NCBI GenBank assembly: GCA_963723995.1
Contig: CAVRSZ010000007.1
Span: forward strand, 557,580 to 621,579
Length of the DNA stretch: 64,000 nucleotides
Direction: 5' to 3'
Origin: an uncultured Acidimicrobiales bacterium
GTDB taxonomy: Bacteria > Actinomycetota > Acidimicrobiia > Acidimicrobiales > SZUA-35
A program made the position numbers and the translations under genes. How positions within the stretch are numbered: position 1 is the first letter of the stretch; each line of letters opens with the position of its first letter. Of the stretch, positions 9,664 through 18,254 are shown piece after piece. The notes below the pieces were generated by a model. That model ran no database searches. It worked only from the letters and a program-made list of their open reading frames with translations, and was not told the DNA's origin.

Positions 9664-10449
9664 TTAGCTGGTCTCCTTCGGGTTGGGGTTGGTGGCGGCG
9701 AGTTCGAGGCCGTTGTGTTCGCGTAGACGCCAGGACGGGCCTTTGATGTTGAACACGATGGCGTTGTGCATGAGCCGGTCGAGGATGGCAGCGGCGACGA
9801 CGGCGTCACCGAACACGGTCCCCCAGTCGGGCAGGCCCCGGTTGGTGGTCACCAACGTCGGATGCCCTTTCTCGTAGCGGGTGTTGACGACCTCGAAGAA
9901 CACGGCGGAGGCGTCGCTTGATCGCATTGGTAGCAGTCCGACATCGTCGATCACCGAGACGGTCGGCGCGGTGTAGGTCTTCATCTTGGTGGTCAGGTGC
10001 CCGTCGTTGCTGGCTTTGACCAGTGTTTTGGCGAGGGCGTCGGCGGTGGTGAAGTAGCCCCGGTAGCCGGCCTCGACCGCCAACGTCGCCAATGCGACGG
10101 CGAGGTGGGTTTTCCCGCAGCCTGGCTGACCGAGGAACAGGATTGGACGGTTCTCGTCGATGAACCGGAGGGTGGCGAGGTCTTCGACGAGTTTGCGGTC
10201 GACACCGGGTTGGAAGTCGTAGTCGAACTCCTCGATCGACCGGCGGAACGGGAACCGTGCGTAGCGCAGACGTGCTGCCAGGCGCCGGTCCCGATCGGCG
10301 GTTGCTTGTTCGGCGACGAGGCGTGCCAGGTAGTCGATGTGGGTCCAGTCCTCGAGCCGGGCCTGTTCGGCCAGGGTCGCGAACGATGCCTGCGCGGCGG
10401 TGAGGTTGAGGTAGCCGAGGTCGGCTTTGATCTGCTCGTAGAGACTCAT
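9664..10449 (-). CDS. istB: IS21-family helper ATPase IstB
   Basis: 261 aa. Walker A is FLGQPGCGKTHLAVAL, Walker B is VSVIDDVG, and the conserved C-terminus is DRLMHNAIVFNIKGPSWRL. Its start overlaps the istA stop. Confidence 0.9.
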   Translation of the reverse strand: MSLYEQIKADLGYLNLTAAQASFATLAEQARLEDWTHIDYLARLVAEQATADRDRRLAARLRYARFPFRRSIEEFDYDFQPGVDRKLVEDLATLRFIDENRPILFLGQPGCGKTHLAVALATLAVEAGYRGYFTTADALAKTLVKASNDGHLTTKMKTYTAPTVSVIDDVGLLPMRSSDASAVFFEVVNTRYEKGHPTLVTTNRGLPDWGTVFGDAVVAAAILDRLMHNAIVFNIKGPSWRLREHNGLELAATNPNPKETS

Positions 10450-11817
10450 GCTCCGACCTCCCCGTCATCGTTGATGTCGAGGGGGTAGCGGGCAGCGAGG
10501 TCGGGTGGTTCGACGTCGAACCCGTCCCCCAGCTCGAGGCGGCCTTGTTCGGCTTTGTCGATGGTGTCGGTGATGAGACGCAGCGCTGGCCGGACCGGTT
10601 TGTCGGCCATGGCCGCGGTTTCGGCTTGGCGCCGGTGTGTCGGGTCCCAGACATCGACGTTGGTGCCGGCGACCAGGGTGTGGGTGGCGATGATCTTCCC
10701 GGCCCAGCGGACTTCGAATCGGGGGCTGTCGACCGGTCGTCGGATCTCGACTTTGTGGCCCAGCACGTTGGTCGGGACCGAGTAGCGGGACCCTTCGACC
10801 GAGATGAACGGCAGGATGTTGTGGACTCGGCGGGTCTCGACGTAGTCGGTGTCGAACCGGTCCTTGGGCAACGACGCGAGGAAGCTCCGCTCGAGGGTGA
10901 GTCGTGCCGCTGGGGCTTCACCGGTGGTGCGGGACGCAATGGCGTGGACACGTTCGTCGAGCCAGGAGGCGGCACGCCGGTTGAGTTCGGCGATGTCGGT
11001 GGGGATCCCGTCGATTTCGACCTCGGGCAGGAACGTTTCCTGGAGTTGACGGAACGGCCTTTCGACCTTGCCTTTGCGTTTCGCGTCACGGGCCTTGCAC
11101 GCAGTGATCGCCGTCGAATGATGCGCAGCAAACCCGACCGCCGGCGGATGCAACACGAACCGGACGCCCTGGGATCGGCCGAGAGCGCCCATGCGGTCGG
11201 TCCGACACGCCGCGGGGACACCGCCCGATGCGTGTCGAAGAAGCGGGCCATGCCCTCGAAGGTGTGATGCTGATCCTGCGAGGTGGTGAACCACCAGATC
11301 CGCTGCCGACTCCAGCACAAGATCATCCCGAAACAGAACAACGGCGCCGACCAACCCCAACGGGCCGCCCAATCACTCGAGATCGCAGAAATCGAATTGG
11401 GCTTCCTCCCCCGGGTCAGTGTGGATCGGGACCGACACCCGATCAGCGGCCCGGAACCTCGGACCCCGCACGACACGAAGTTGGCGGGTCACCGTCGAGT
11501 AACCGCCATCGAACCCTTCCGAACAGAGGCGGTGGAACACGCTGATCCCGAGCAGTCTCGGCCACTTCATCAACAGCTCATCGATCCGGGACTGCCAATG
11601 CTGGTTCATCACCAACACCTCATCCGGCACCGCCCGCCGTCGCCGGCGGGCCCTCAGCAGCGAGATATCTGGCGATCGTGGCCGGATGAAAACCGGTCTC
11701 CTCGCCGATCTCCTTGTTCGTCCAACCCTGTTTCTTCAATTCTTCAATCTTCACGTACGTCTCCTGGTTCATCATGGAGCCGGCTCCTCTGGCATGTCGT
11801 GCTTGGTCGCTCGACAC
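10446..11817 (-). pseudogene. istA: IS21-family transposase IstA, three frameshifts
   Basis: The HTH part (YVKIEELKKQGWTNKEIGEETGFHPATIARYL) is in ORF 11620-11817. The next part is in 11373-11630. DWAARWGWSAPLFCFGMILCWSRQRIWWFTTSQDQHHTFEGMARFFDT is in a third frame. The catalytic/C-terminal part (GGVPAACRTDRMGALG...KARDAKRKGKVERPF...) is in 10446-11372. Confidence 0.8.
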
Positions 11818-11936
11818 GCTGGAGGGGCCACCCCAACAAGTGGTGGATGCTTCGATGCCGGGCCAGAAGACCCCCGGACACCAACGCGAATTTCAGTGAG
11901 CGCAGATCGCGAATCTCACCGAGCGCTCACACACAC

Positions 11937-12645
11937 CACATCCGACGAGGTGCAAGAGCAGGTCAAGAAGACCTCCTGCACCTGGAACACCAACACCGAC
12001 GGCTCCATCGACGGCCGGTTCCACCTTGACCCGCTCTCAGCGACCGCGGTCGGCACCGCGCTGGGTGATGAGATGCAGCGACTATTCCGCCAACAATCCG
12101 AAGGCGACGGCAAGGCTGACACCCCCAACCGGCGGCGGGGCCAAGCCCTCATCGGCCTGATCGTCGGTGGGGCTGAAGCCCCGGGGTCGGCCACCACCAC
12201 CCCGCTGGTGAACCTGGTGATCGGTCAGAAGGTCTTGGAGAACTTCCTGGAGCGGTACCTGGACCCGGGCACCCCGCTCGTACCGATCGATCGGGATGAT
12301 CCCGATTACCGGTGTGAACGCATTGATGGCACACCCATCCATCCTGATCTCGCGTTTGTGGCCACGGCGGTGGCCGAGTTCGAACGGATCGTGCTCGATG
12401 AACGATCCCGGGTGATCGACATGTCGGTCAAAGCCCGGGGGTTCCCGGATTGGATGAAACGGGCCTTACTGATCGAAGCCAGAGGCAGATGCCGAACCCG
12501 GGGCTGTGATTCGCCGTATCACTGGCTGCAAGTTGATCATGTCGAACCCCATTCGAAGGGTGGTGCAACGTCGCTCGCCAACGGTCAGATCCTGTGCGAC
12601 CCGGACAACAAATGGAAGCGCGACCACGTACAGACCGTGGCCTGA
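11937..12645 (+). pseudogene. DUF222/HNH endonuclease gene, 3-prime half
   Basis: Continues in frame from 9582 once the IS and one CACAC copy are removed (..WLINHTTSDEVQEQVKK..). The C-terminus RGCDSPYHWLQVDHVEPHSKGGATSLANGQILCDPDNKWK is an HNH nuclease motif. Confidence 0.75.
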
Positions 12646-13115
12646 CGGCACTCCGCGCCGCTCCACATCTGCACCTTGAAAACCGAATAGACCCGGGCCG
12701 AGGCCGGCCGCCGGGAACGGCATCAACCTTGGGGCTGGACACCCCGGCTGACTGCATCCCCATGCCAGGACTGACCCGAAGTCCAAAACCAACGGGGCTC
12801 AGGCGCCGGGCCAAAAACCAGCCGGCTGTTGCGACCTATGCGAGCCACGTCAACAGTGTGGGTGACCGCCACTCGGCGTCACGGTCGTCGCTCGAGCCAC
12901 GCCACCGCCGCTACCAGCTGGCCCGGCATCCACAACAGGACGGCCGAAACCGCAAACACCTTTCTCACCTCTGCAACCGTTAGCAGCTGGGAAGAAGCTG
13001 ACGGAAACCGTCGGGTAGCGGTTCGCCCGCCACCACCGGATCGTAGGACGATGACGCGGAGGCGTGGGGGATGCCGCGTCACGAGGCTGTGAAGAAGAGC
13101 ATGCCATTGTTGATG

Positions 13116-14846
13116 TTACTGGTGTGCTCGTTCGAACTCGCCGAGCGCAGTTCGGGCCAGGCTCCGCCGCTCCTGGAATTCCCTCTGCACCGATGGGCTG
13201 TCTCGAGGTGCGAGACGCCTGTCCGGCCCGAGGACGGCTGCCGGCACCTCGAACCGGTAGACGAACTCATCGCAGGCGTCCTCCATGCTCACCCCGGGCC
13301 TTGTCAACACCGAATTCACCCGCTTGTCGTAGGGGGCCGAGTGGAGTTCATGGACCAGATAGGCCATCTGGGCGTCGAACCGGAAGAGGATCCCGGTATC
13401 GAGAACCTGGCCCTGGAATGGATGAGTGAAGAGGTTGCTTCGACGCGGTTCGGACGTCCACTGGGCGAGTCCGACCCCCGGCGCCCCGGGTCCCTGTCTC
13501 GTGGCCCGGTTGCGGTCCCTGACCTGTTCCGGCGTCCAGGTCCGAGGGTTGCCATCGAAGTCCGGCGATCGCAGTGGAGTGTCCGCTCTACTCCCCTCCA
13601 GACGGTTGGGCATCACGCCCGATTCCTTCATGAGGTTTCCCACCACCCCGGCGGCCGCCTCCTTGGAGTAGCCATAGGTCGAGGTGAGCAGATCCATGGC
13701 GAGAAGGCGCCGCGTGGCCGCGCCGACCTGCGACCAGTCCTGGGCGATGGCGGCGTCGGCCGGCGGCTCCTCGGGCGTCGGAGACGGGCCGGCAATGGCC
13801 GGGCCGAGGAAGTGGGCGTTGACCCAGGCCGGACCTGAAGTAGTGGCGATTTCCCGCCACCGGCCCGCTCCGATCATGGCCACCAGACCGGTGGCGGCGA
13901 CCGGTGTGCCGGCTTCGAGGGTTAGGAGCACGGCGTTGCCGGTACCGGGCCCGAACCGAACATTCAGGCGGTCCCCGGGAGCGACCCTGACCGGAAAGGT
14001 CCCTGCATCTTCGTCCCAGAACCGGCACAGGAACCGCTCGTTCACCCAGCCCCGCCGGGTCTCCCCCAGCTTCACCTCCCGCCATGGGGAAGAGCCGACC
14101 AGAACAGGGCCGGAGCCGGCGACCTCGATGTCCTTCTGCCCGCTGGCAAAGGTTCCCACGATGTCGTTGGCCACACCCGGCCCGCCCCGACAGTTGAGGT
14201 GATCGTCGGGCCCGACGTTGTTGACCATGTAACGGTGCTCGGCCGTTCCGACCGGGTGCTCGCCCGGTACGCCGATTCCATCGTTACCGATGCCGAGTAG
14301 CCGGTCGATGGGGATGAGGCCGGGATCCCAGTGGTCGTTCTCGGGCACGTGCTGGTGCCCACACCAGCCGTTGAACGAGTTCCACTGGGCTGTGGTCATG
14401 CGGGCAGCTCCGTTGATGCCGAATGCCGCCGGTCCCCGGAAGGCAAACGGCGCCACCCGTCTCACCCCGGTCTTGTCCTCCACCCAACGCATCCATCGGG
14501 CCAGCTCCACAAGTAGTGGATCCGAGAAGGACGATGCGTTCCTGGCCCGGCCCACGATCTCGATCTGGATGGCATTGGCACGATTCGTCTGCACCCCGCC
14601 AGGCGAGTTACGTAGGGCCCGTGCTGCTTTGGCAATCGTGATGTGTTGGTAGATCTCCACCTTCGGGCCCTGGTGGGTGATCGTGAAATGGGGAAAGGAC
14701 TTGTGGCCGAAGTACGTCGACGGTGCCGGCGTGAACGTGTCGGACTCTGTGGTGTGGAGTACACCCCGGAACGGGTTTCCCTTGAATGCGCCACCGGTCA
14801 GCGGTGAGCGGTTCACACGCGCTGGCGGGTATTCCGGCAGTGACAT
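13116..14846 (-). CDS. modular cell-wall hydrolase: amidase_2 (PGRP-type) + two SH3b-like repeats + phage-tail-lysozyme-like domain
   Basis: 576 aa with no signal peptide. The N-terminal block is VLHTTES...NAIQIEIVG...GHQHVPENDHWDPG (N-acetylmuramoyl-L-alanine amidase signature). Two repeats end in GWVNERFL and AWVNAHFL. After a Pro-rich linker, the C-terminal part is AAAGVVGNLMKESGVMPN...GVGLAQWTSEPRRSNLF. Confidence 0.7.
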   Translation of the reverse strand: MSLPEYPPARVNRSPLTGGAFKGNPFRGVLHTTESDTFTPAPSTYFGHKSFPHFTITHQGPKVEIYQHITIAKAARALRNSPGGVQTNRANAIQIEIVGRARNASSFSDPLLVELARWMRWVEDKTGVRRVAPFAFRGPAAFGINGAARMTTAQWNSFNGWCGHQHVPENDHWDPGLIPIDRLLGIGNDGIGVPGEHPVGTAEHRYMVNNVGPDDHLNCRGGPGVANDIVGTFASGQKDIEVAGSGPVLVGSSPWREVKLGETRRGWVNERFLCRFWDEDAGTFPVRVAPGDRLNVRFGPGTGNAVLLTLEAGTPVAATGLVAMIGAGRWREIATTSGPAWVNAHFLGPAIAGPSPTPEEPPADAAIAQDWSQVGAATRRLLAMDLLTSTYGYSKEAAAGVVGNLMKESGVMPNRLEGSRADTPLRSPDFDGNPRTWTPEQVRDRNRATRQGPGAPGVGLAQWTSEPRRSNLFTHPFQGQVLDTGILFRFDAQMAYLVHELHSAPYDKRVNSVLTRPGVSMEDACDEFVYRFEVPAAVLGPDRRLAPRDSPSVQREFQERRSLARTALGEFERAHQ

Positions 14847-14910
14847 CGTTCCCCCTCATCGGTAACATAACACCTACTCCACCTCGGGCCCAGCGGGAAT
14901 CCAGGGTCCA

Positions 14911-15759
14911 GTGGAGGAACCAAAGGGGCCAATCGTCATGTCGGATGCAGCGAATTCGCCCGATGACACGGCGTCGGCGCCGCAACAGCCATGGTGGCAG
15001 CGGCTGGGTTTCTGGGTAGGGGTCTTTGCCTTCGGCATCGTTCTCTCCGGATTGATCGTCGCCTTATGGAACGCCGTGCTCGACAGAGGCCGGGACGAGG
15101 AGATCATCACCGTCCTCCTGGCCACCATGTTGTTGCTGTTGCTCGTGACGTTCGCCCTGGTGGCGGTGGGTTTCAAGCGGGCAGGCCTCGCCGTTCCGGA
15201 TCAGGCGCTGGGACTGCCCCAGGGCAGCGTGCGGGCCCTGATCGCGTTCGTCCTGCTGCTCATTTTCTCGATGCTGGCGATCTTCTTGTTCGCCGGGGTG
15301 GACAGCCTCACCGAGGAGATCGAAGGGGTCTCCCCCGCCCAGTTCGAGGGCCTCGATCTGGCCGACGTGGCCGGCGCTCAAGCGGTGCGAGACGACGATG
15401 GCACCATCGTCGAGTACACCGTCACGCTACGACGACCGAACGCCGCTCAAGTCGATCTAGCGAAGCAGCTCACGACCGCCATGATCACGTTGATCACCGC
15501 CATCTCCGCCTTCTACTTTGGTGCCCGCACCAGTACGACATCGACGGATGTCCTCGCTCACCGTGTCTTCGGGCTCGATGCCCACAACGAGTTCGCGGAG
15601 GCCCCACAGCCGGCTGAATCGGCAGAGCCACCCCCGTCGCCGGCGGCCTCTGAAAAGCATCCCGAAGAGTACGAGGTACCCGAGGACTACGAGGTGCTGG
15701 AAGGGCATCCGCTCGACGAGCCCGATGACATAGGCGAGGCCGGCAACACGGTGGGTTGA
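14911..15759 (+). CDS. hypothetical membrane protein (about 4 TM, acidic C-terminal tail)
   Basis: 282 aa with TM-like stretches (LGFWVGVFAFGIVLSGLIVALW, ITVLLATMLLLLLVTFALVAVGF, ALIAFVLLLIFSMLAIFLFAGV, AMITLITAISAFYFG). Divergent from the hydrolase gene. Confidence 0.5.
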   Translation: MEEPKGPIVMSDAANSPDDTASAPQQPWWQRLGFWVGVFAFGIVLSGLIVALWNAVLDRGRDEEIITVLLATMLLLLLVTFALVAVGFKRAGLAVPDQALGLPQGSVRALIAFVLLLIFSMLAIFLFAGVDSLTEEIEGVSPAQFEGLDLADVAGAQAVRDDDGTIVEYTVTLRRPNAAQVDLAKQLTTAMITLITAISAFYFGARTSTTSTDVLAHRVFGLDAHNEFAEAPQPAESAEPPPSPAASEKHPEEYEVPEDYEVLEGHPLDEPDDIGEAGNTVG

Positions 15760-15806
15760 CCGACGACGCGACCAAGACGGAGAAGTCACAGATTTCGTGT
15801 CCGAGA

Positions 15807-16790
15807 TCAGCAGACGGCAGCGTTGTTCCAGCGAGTGTCCTCGAAGATCCGATCGCCGTGGTCGCCCCGCAGGATCCGCTCCCGAGCCTGGAGCCACAGT
15901 GCCTGCCAGCGTGACCAATCTCGGAGTTCGGACTCGGGATGAAACCGGCTGCGGGCCACAAACCCCGGGAACGCCGGCCGCCCCGTCGGGTGACCGGTCG
16001 GTGAGTAGCGCAGATCCATGCTCCAACGAATGGCCGACGATCGGTTTGGCCGCGAGCAGTGGACATTCAGTTTGTCGAACAGGATGATGCCACCCCTGGC
16101 CATCGGTAGCGGTTGCTGTTCCATCCCGGCCAGGGCGGCGGCAGGCACGTTGGGCTCGGAGGCCAGTTCTGCGTTGGCACAGTGAATCTGTGGGCCGAGC
16201 CGATGTGATCCCGGGATGGAGACGAGGCACCCATTGGTCTCGTCGGCGTCGCTCAGGGCCACCCACACGGTGACGATCGGGGTGTCATCGGCCTCGGGCA
16301 GTAGGGCGACGATGTCCTGGTGCCATGTGGTCGACCCGACGTTGGAGTGGACCTTCAGGTCACCATCGATACCGGCGATCGGGGGCTTGATCCGCATTTG
16401 CTGCACCGGATTCGACAGGATCTCGGGACCGATCACCGACTCGACCACGTCGAGGATCCGGGGATGACGCAGCAGGTCGAACACCGCCGGCCCGGTGTGG
16501 ATCTCGTAGCGGTCCGGATCGACGCGGCCGTTGATCAGAGGCAGCGAGATGTTGAAGTACCGGTGGAATTCCGGTTCGACTCGAAGCCCGGCCAGGAACC
16601 GCTCGGTGAAGTTGCCGGCAGGCCGAGCCTCCAGTAGCCCGTCGGCCACCAACCGACCGAGCTGGTCGTCGACGAGCTGGTCGTACTCGGCCGTGATGGG
16701 GGCAAGGTCGTCGTCGGACAGGACTCCCGGAACTGGAAGGAAGCCGTCGCGACGGAACTGCTCGAGTTGAGCCTCGTTGAGCCCGTTCAT
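15807..16790 (-). CDS. phytanoyl-CoA dioxygenase (PhyH) family Fe(II)/2-oxoglutarate oxygenase
   Basis: 327 aa. N-terminus is LNEAQLEQFRRDGFLPVPGVLS. The metal motif is TTWHQDI (HxD), with a distal His in IPGSHRLG and RWSMDLRY. Confidence 0.75.
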   Translation of the reverse strand: MNGLNEAQLEQFRRDGFLPVPGVLSDDDLAPITAEYDQLVDDQLGRLVADGLLEARPAGNFTERFLAGLRVEPEFHRYFNISLPLINGRVDPDRYEIHTGPAVFDLLRHPRILDVVESVIGPEILSNPVQQMRIKPPIAGIDGDLKVHSNVGSTTWHQDIVALLPEADDTPIVTVWVALSDADETNGCLVSIPGSHRLGPQIHCANAELASEPNVPAAALAGMEQQPLPMARGGIILFDKLNVHCSRPNRSSAIRWSMDLRYSPTGHPTGRPAFPGFVARSRFHPESELRDWSRWQALWLQARERILRGDHGDRIFEDTRWNNAAVC

Positions 16791-16796
16791 CCCGCC

Positions 16797-16946
16797 TTAC
16801 CTCCGACCTCGAACGACCACTTCGGCCCCCGGGGCCTCCGGCTCGTCATCGATCCAGGCCCGCACCGCCAACCGGTAGTCGTTGCGCAACAGGCTTGACG
16901 CCAGTTCGTGTCCCACGTTTCCAAGACCGATAAACCCGACGTTCAC
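16797..16946 (-). pseudogene. 49-codon remnant of an NAD-binding 3-hydroxyisobutyrate/6-phosphogluconate dehydrogenase-type N-terminus
   Basis: My translation is VNVGFIGLGNVGHELASSLLRNDYRLAVRAWIDDEP...(stop). It has the GFIGLGNMG-type dinucleotide-binding start but stops after 49 codons, 7 nt before the PhyH ATG. Confidence 0.4.
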
Positions 16947-17445
16947 CGAACCCCTTTCCTTTACCCACTCGGTGGTCCCTTCGAGACCTCTGACTGATGA
17001 TCGTAAACACCGTCGGAGGGCGAAGGAAGTGAAATCTTGGTGGCCTGAAGCGGCAACTCCTACCGGTTGTTGGGATCGCCACCCCGGCCGTCACGGCTGG
17101 GACCACCAGCAGCCGCGAGTCGACGGTGGCCAACGAGGTGACCCGATCCGGGGCCGGCCCGGCAGCCGAACGGGGAACGATTCGTCCCCCACCGGATCGG
17201 GCAGTTGCAGGAAGAGCTGGCCTCCACTGAAGCCGTTCCGGAACGTTCCCCGGGCCGACATCGAGATGCTGCTCCCTTCCACCGAGGTCCGGTTTCCGAC
17301 CTATCGACGCCGTCATCACGGAGTCCCCGCCCTGGTGTCGGGCCTCGTCGTGCTCACAACCAAATTGCCGCCGACCACCGGATTGATCGCCGAGACCCGG
17401 TCAGGTTGCCTGGCCATCGCCGGGCGACCGACAATGTGATGAGTC

Positions 17446-18075
17446 ATGGGCTGTGCGACGTTTCGCTGCTACGGAGAGCTGATCGACTTCCTGTCCGACG
17501 AGACCTACCTGCGGTCGGTGACCTTCGATGATCCGCCGAGCGTCAAGGATCGAATCGAGGCGAGCGGGGTCCCCCCATCGCCGAGCCGGTAGGAGAAGTC
17601 GACCGGCCGGCCATCGACCACAATGAGATCAACCTCGGTGTGGGTCAACGTGTATCCGGTGTTCAGATCGCTGGAAACCGGATTCAGTCTCCGTCCCGAC
17701 CCACCGGTCGGCCGCTTCGTCGTGGACGTGAACCTGGGCAAGCTGGCCAAGTATCTGCGTTTGGTGGGATTCGATGCGGTCAGTGACGGCGCACTCCAAG
17801 ACAGCGATCTCGCCCACATCGCAGCGGAGGAGGACCGCATCCTCCTCACCAAGGACCGCAATCTGCTCAAGCGGCGGATCGTCGTCCACGGCTATGTCGT
17901 GCGGGCGGTCCTCCCGGCCGACGAGTTGGTCGAGGTCGTCCAAAGATTCGGGCTCGCCAAGTCAGTGCGACCGTTCGCCCGCTGTATGGAATGCAACGGG
18001 AAGATCGTCCCCGTGGCCCAGAGCGACCACCTCGATTCCGTGGTGGCCAGGGTGCAGTCCGAGACCTGGCCGTAG
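17446..18075 (+). pseudogene. Ub-Mut7C + Mut7-C (PIN-like) RNase gene disrupted by a 68-bp internal inversion
   Basis: 17446-17574 encodes MGCATFRCYGELIDFLSDETYLRSVTFDDPPSVKDRIEASGVP. The expected continuation HTEVDLIVVDGRPVDFSYRLGDG is encoded on the opposite strand at 17642-17575. 17643 onward encodes VNVYPVFRSLE...RFVVDVNLGKLAKYLRLVGFD...LLTKDRNLL...CMECNG, in the same frame as the first part. Confidence 0.8.
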
Positions 18076-18254
18076 TGGCCAGGGCGGAGGGATCCCGGAC
18101 ATGAGTGAGCGGCTTCCGGCCCCGTAGCCGACGCCGCCGGTCGTCGTTCGCATCCCGGACGGGTCCTGTTCGGACCCGCCGCAATCCCCAGAGTCTTTTG
18201 GCCCTACCGGCATGCCCCGAGCTGCTTGATGTTGAAGGTACAAGGAGTACCTCC

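Larger units (their letters stand above)
9583..11931 (-). mobile_element. IS21-family insertion sequence (2349 bp)
   Basis: Ends are TGTGAGCGCTC... (9583) and ...GAGCGCTCACA (11931), with a second internal repeat block (GCTCAGCGAAAGTCGCGTTGG vs GCTCACTGAAATTCGCGTTGG). 5-bp CACAC duplication at 9578-9582 and 11932-11936. Carries istA and istB. Confidence 0.85.

Noticed and set aside
9806-11476. 556-aa ORF spanning istB and istA
   Set aside because: It is a composite out-of-frame read-through. Only a short internal stretch (DWAARWGWSAPLFCFGMILCWSRQRIWWFTTSQDQHHTFEGMARFFDT) is genuine IstA sequence, and that stretch marks one of the frameshifted segments.
10446-11817. Programmed ribosomal frameshifting in istA
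   Set aside because: IS21 transposases are not known to use it. Three separate shifts in different directions are needed, and no slippery heptamer or pseudoknot context was seen.
12646-13115. 470-bp gap after the HNH gene examined for repeats, att sites or a small RNA
   Set aside because: I found no inverted or direct repeat matching any other part of the window and no convincing ORF.
13071-13838. 255-aa ORF on the plus strand
   Set aside because: It is antisense to the C-terminal lysozyme-like module of the cell-wall hydrolase. It has no motifs.
14911-15759. Holin for the adjacent endolysin-like enzyme
   Set aside because: It is 282 aa with a large soluble insert and is transcribed divergently. 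That is far from typical holin size and organisation, so I cannot support the call from sequence.
17575-17642. Invertase-driven phase-variation switch (Hin/Fim-like or shufflon-like)
   Set aside because: Only a 3-nt inverted microhomology flanks the segment, and there is no recombinase gene within several kb. The inversion itself is reported as a finding, but a dedicated enzymatic switch is not supported.
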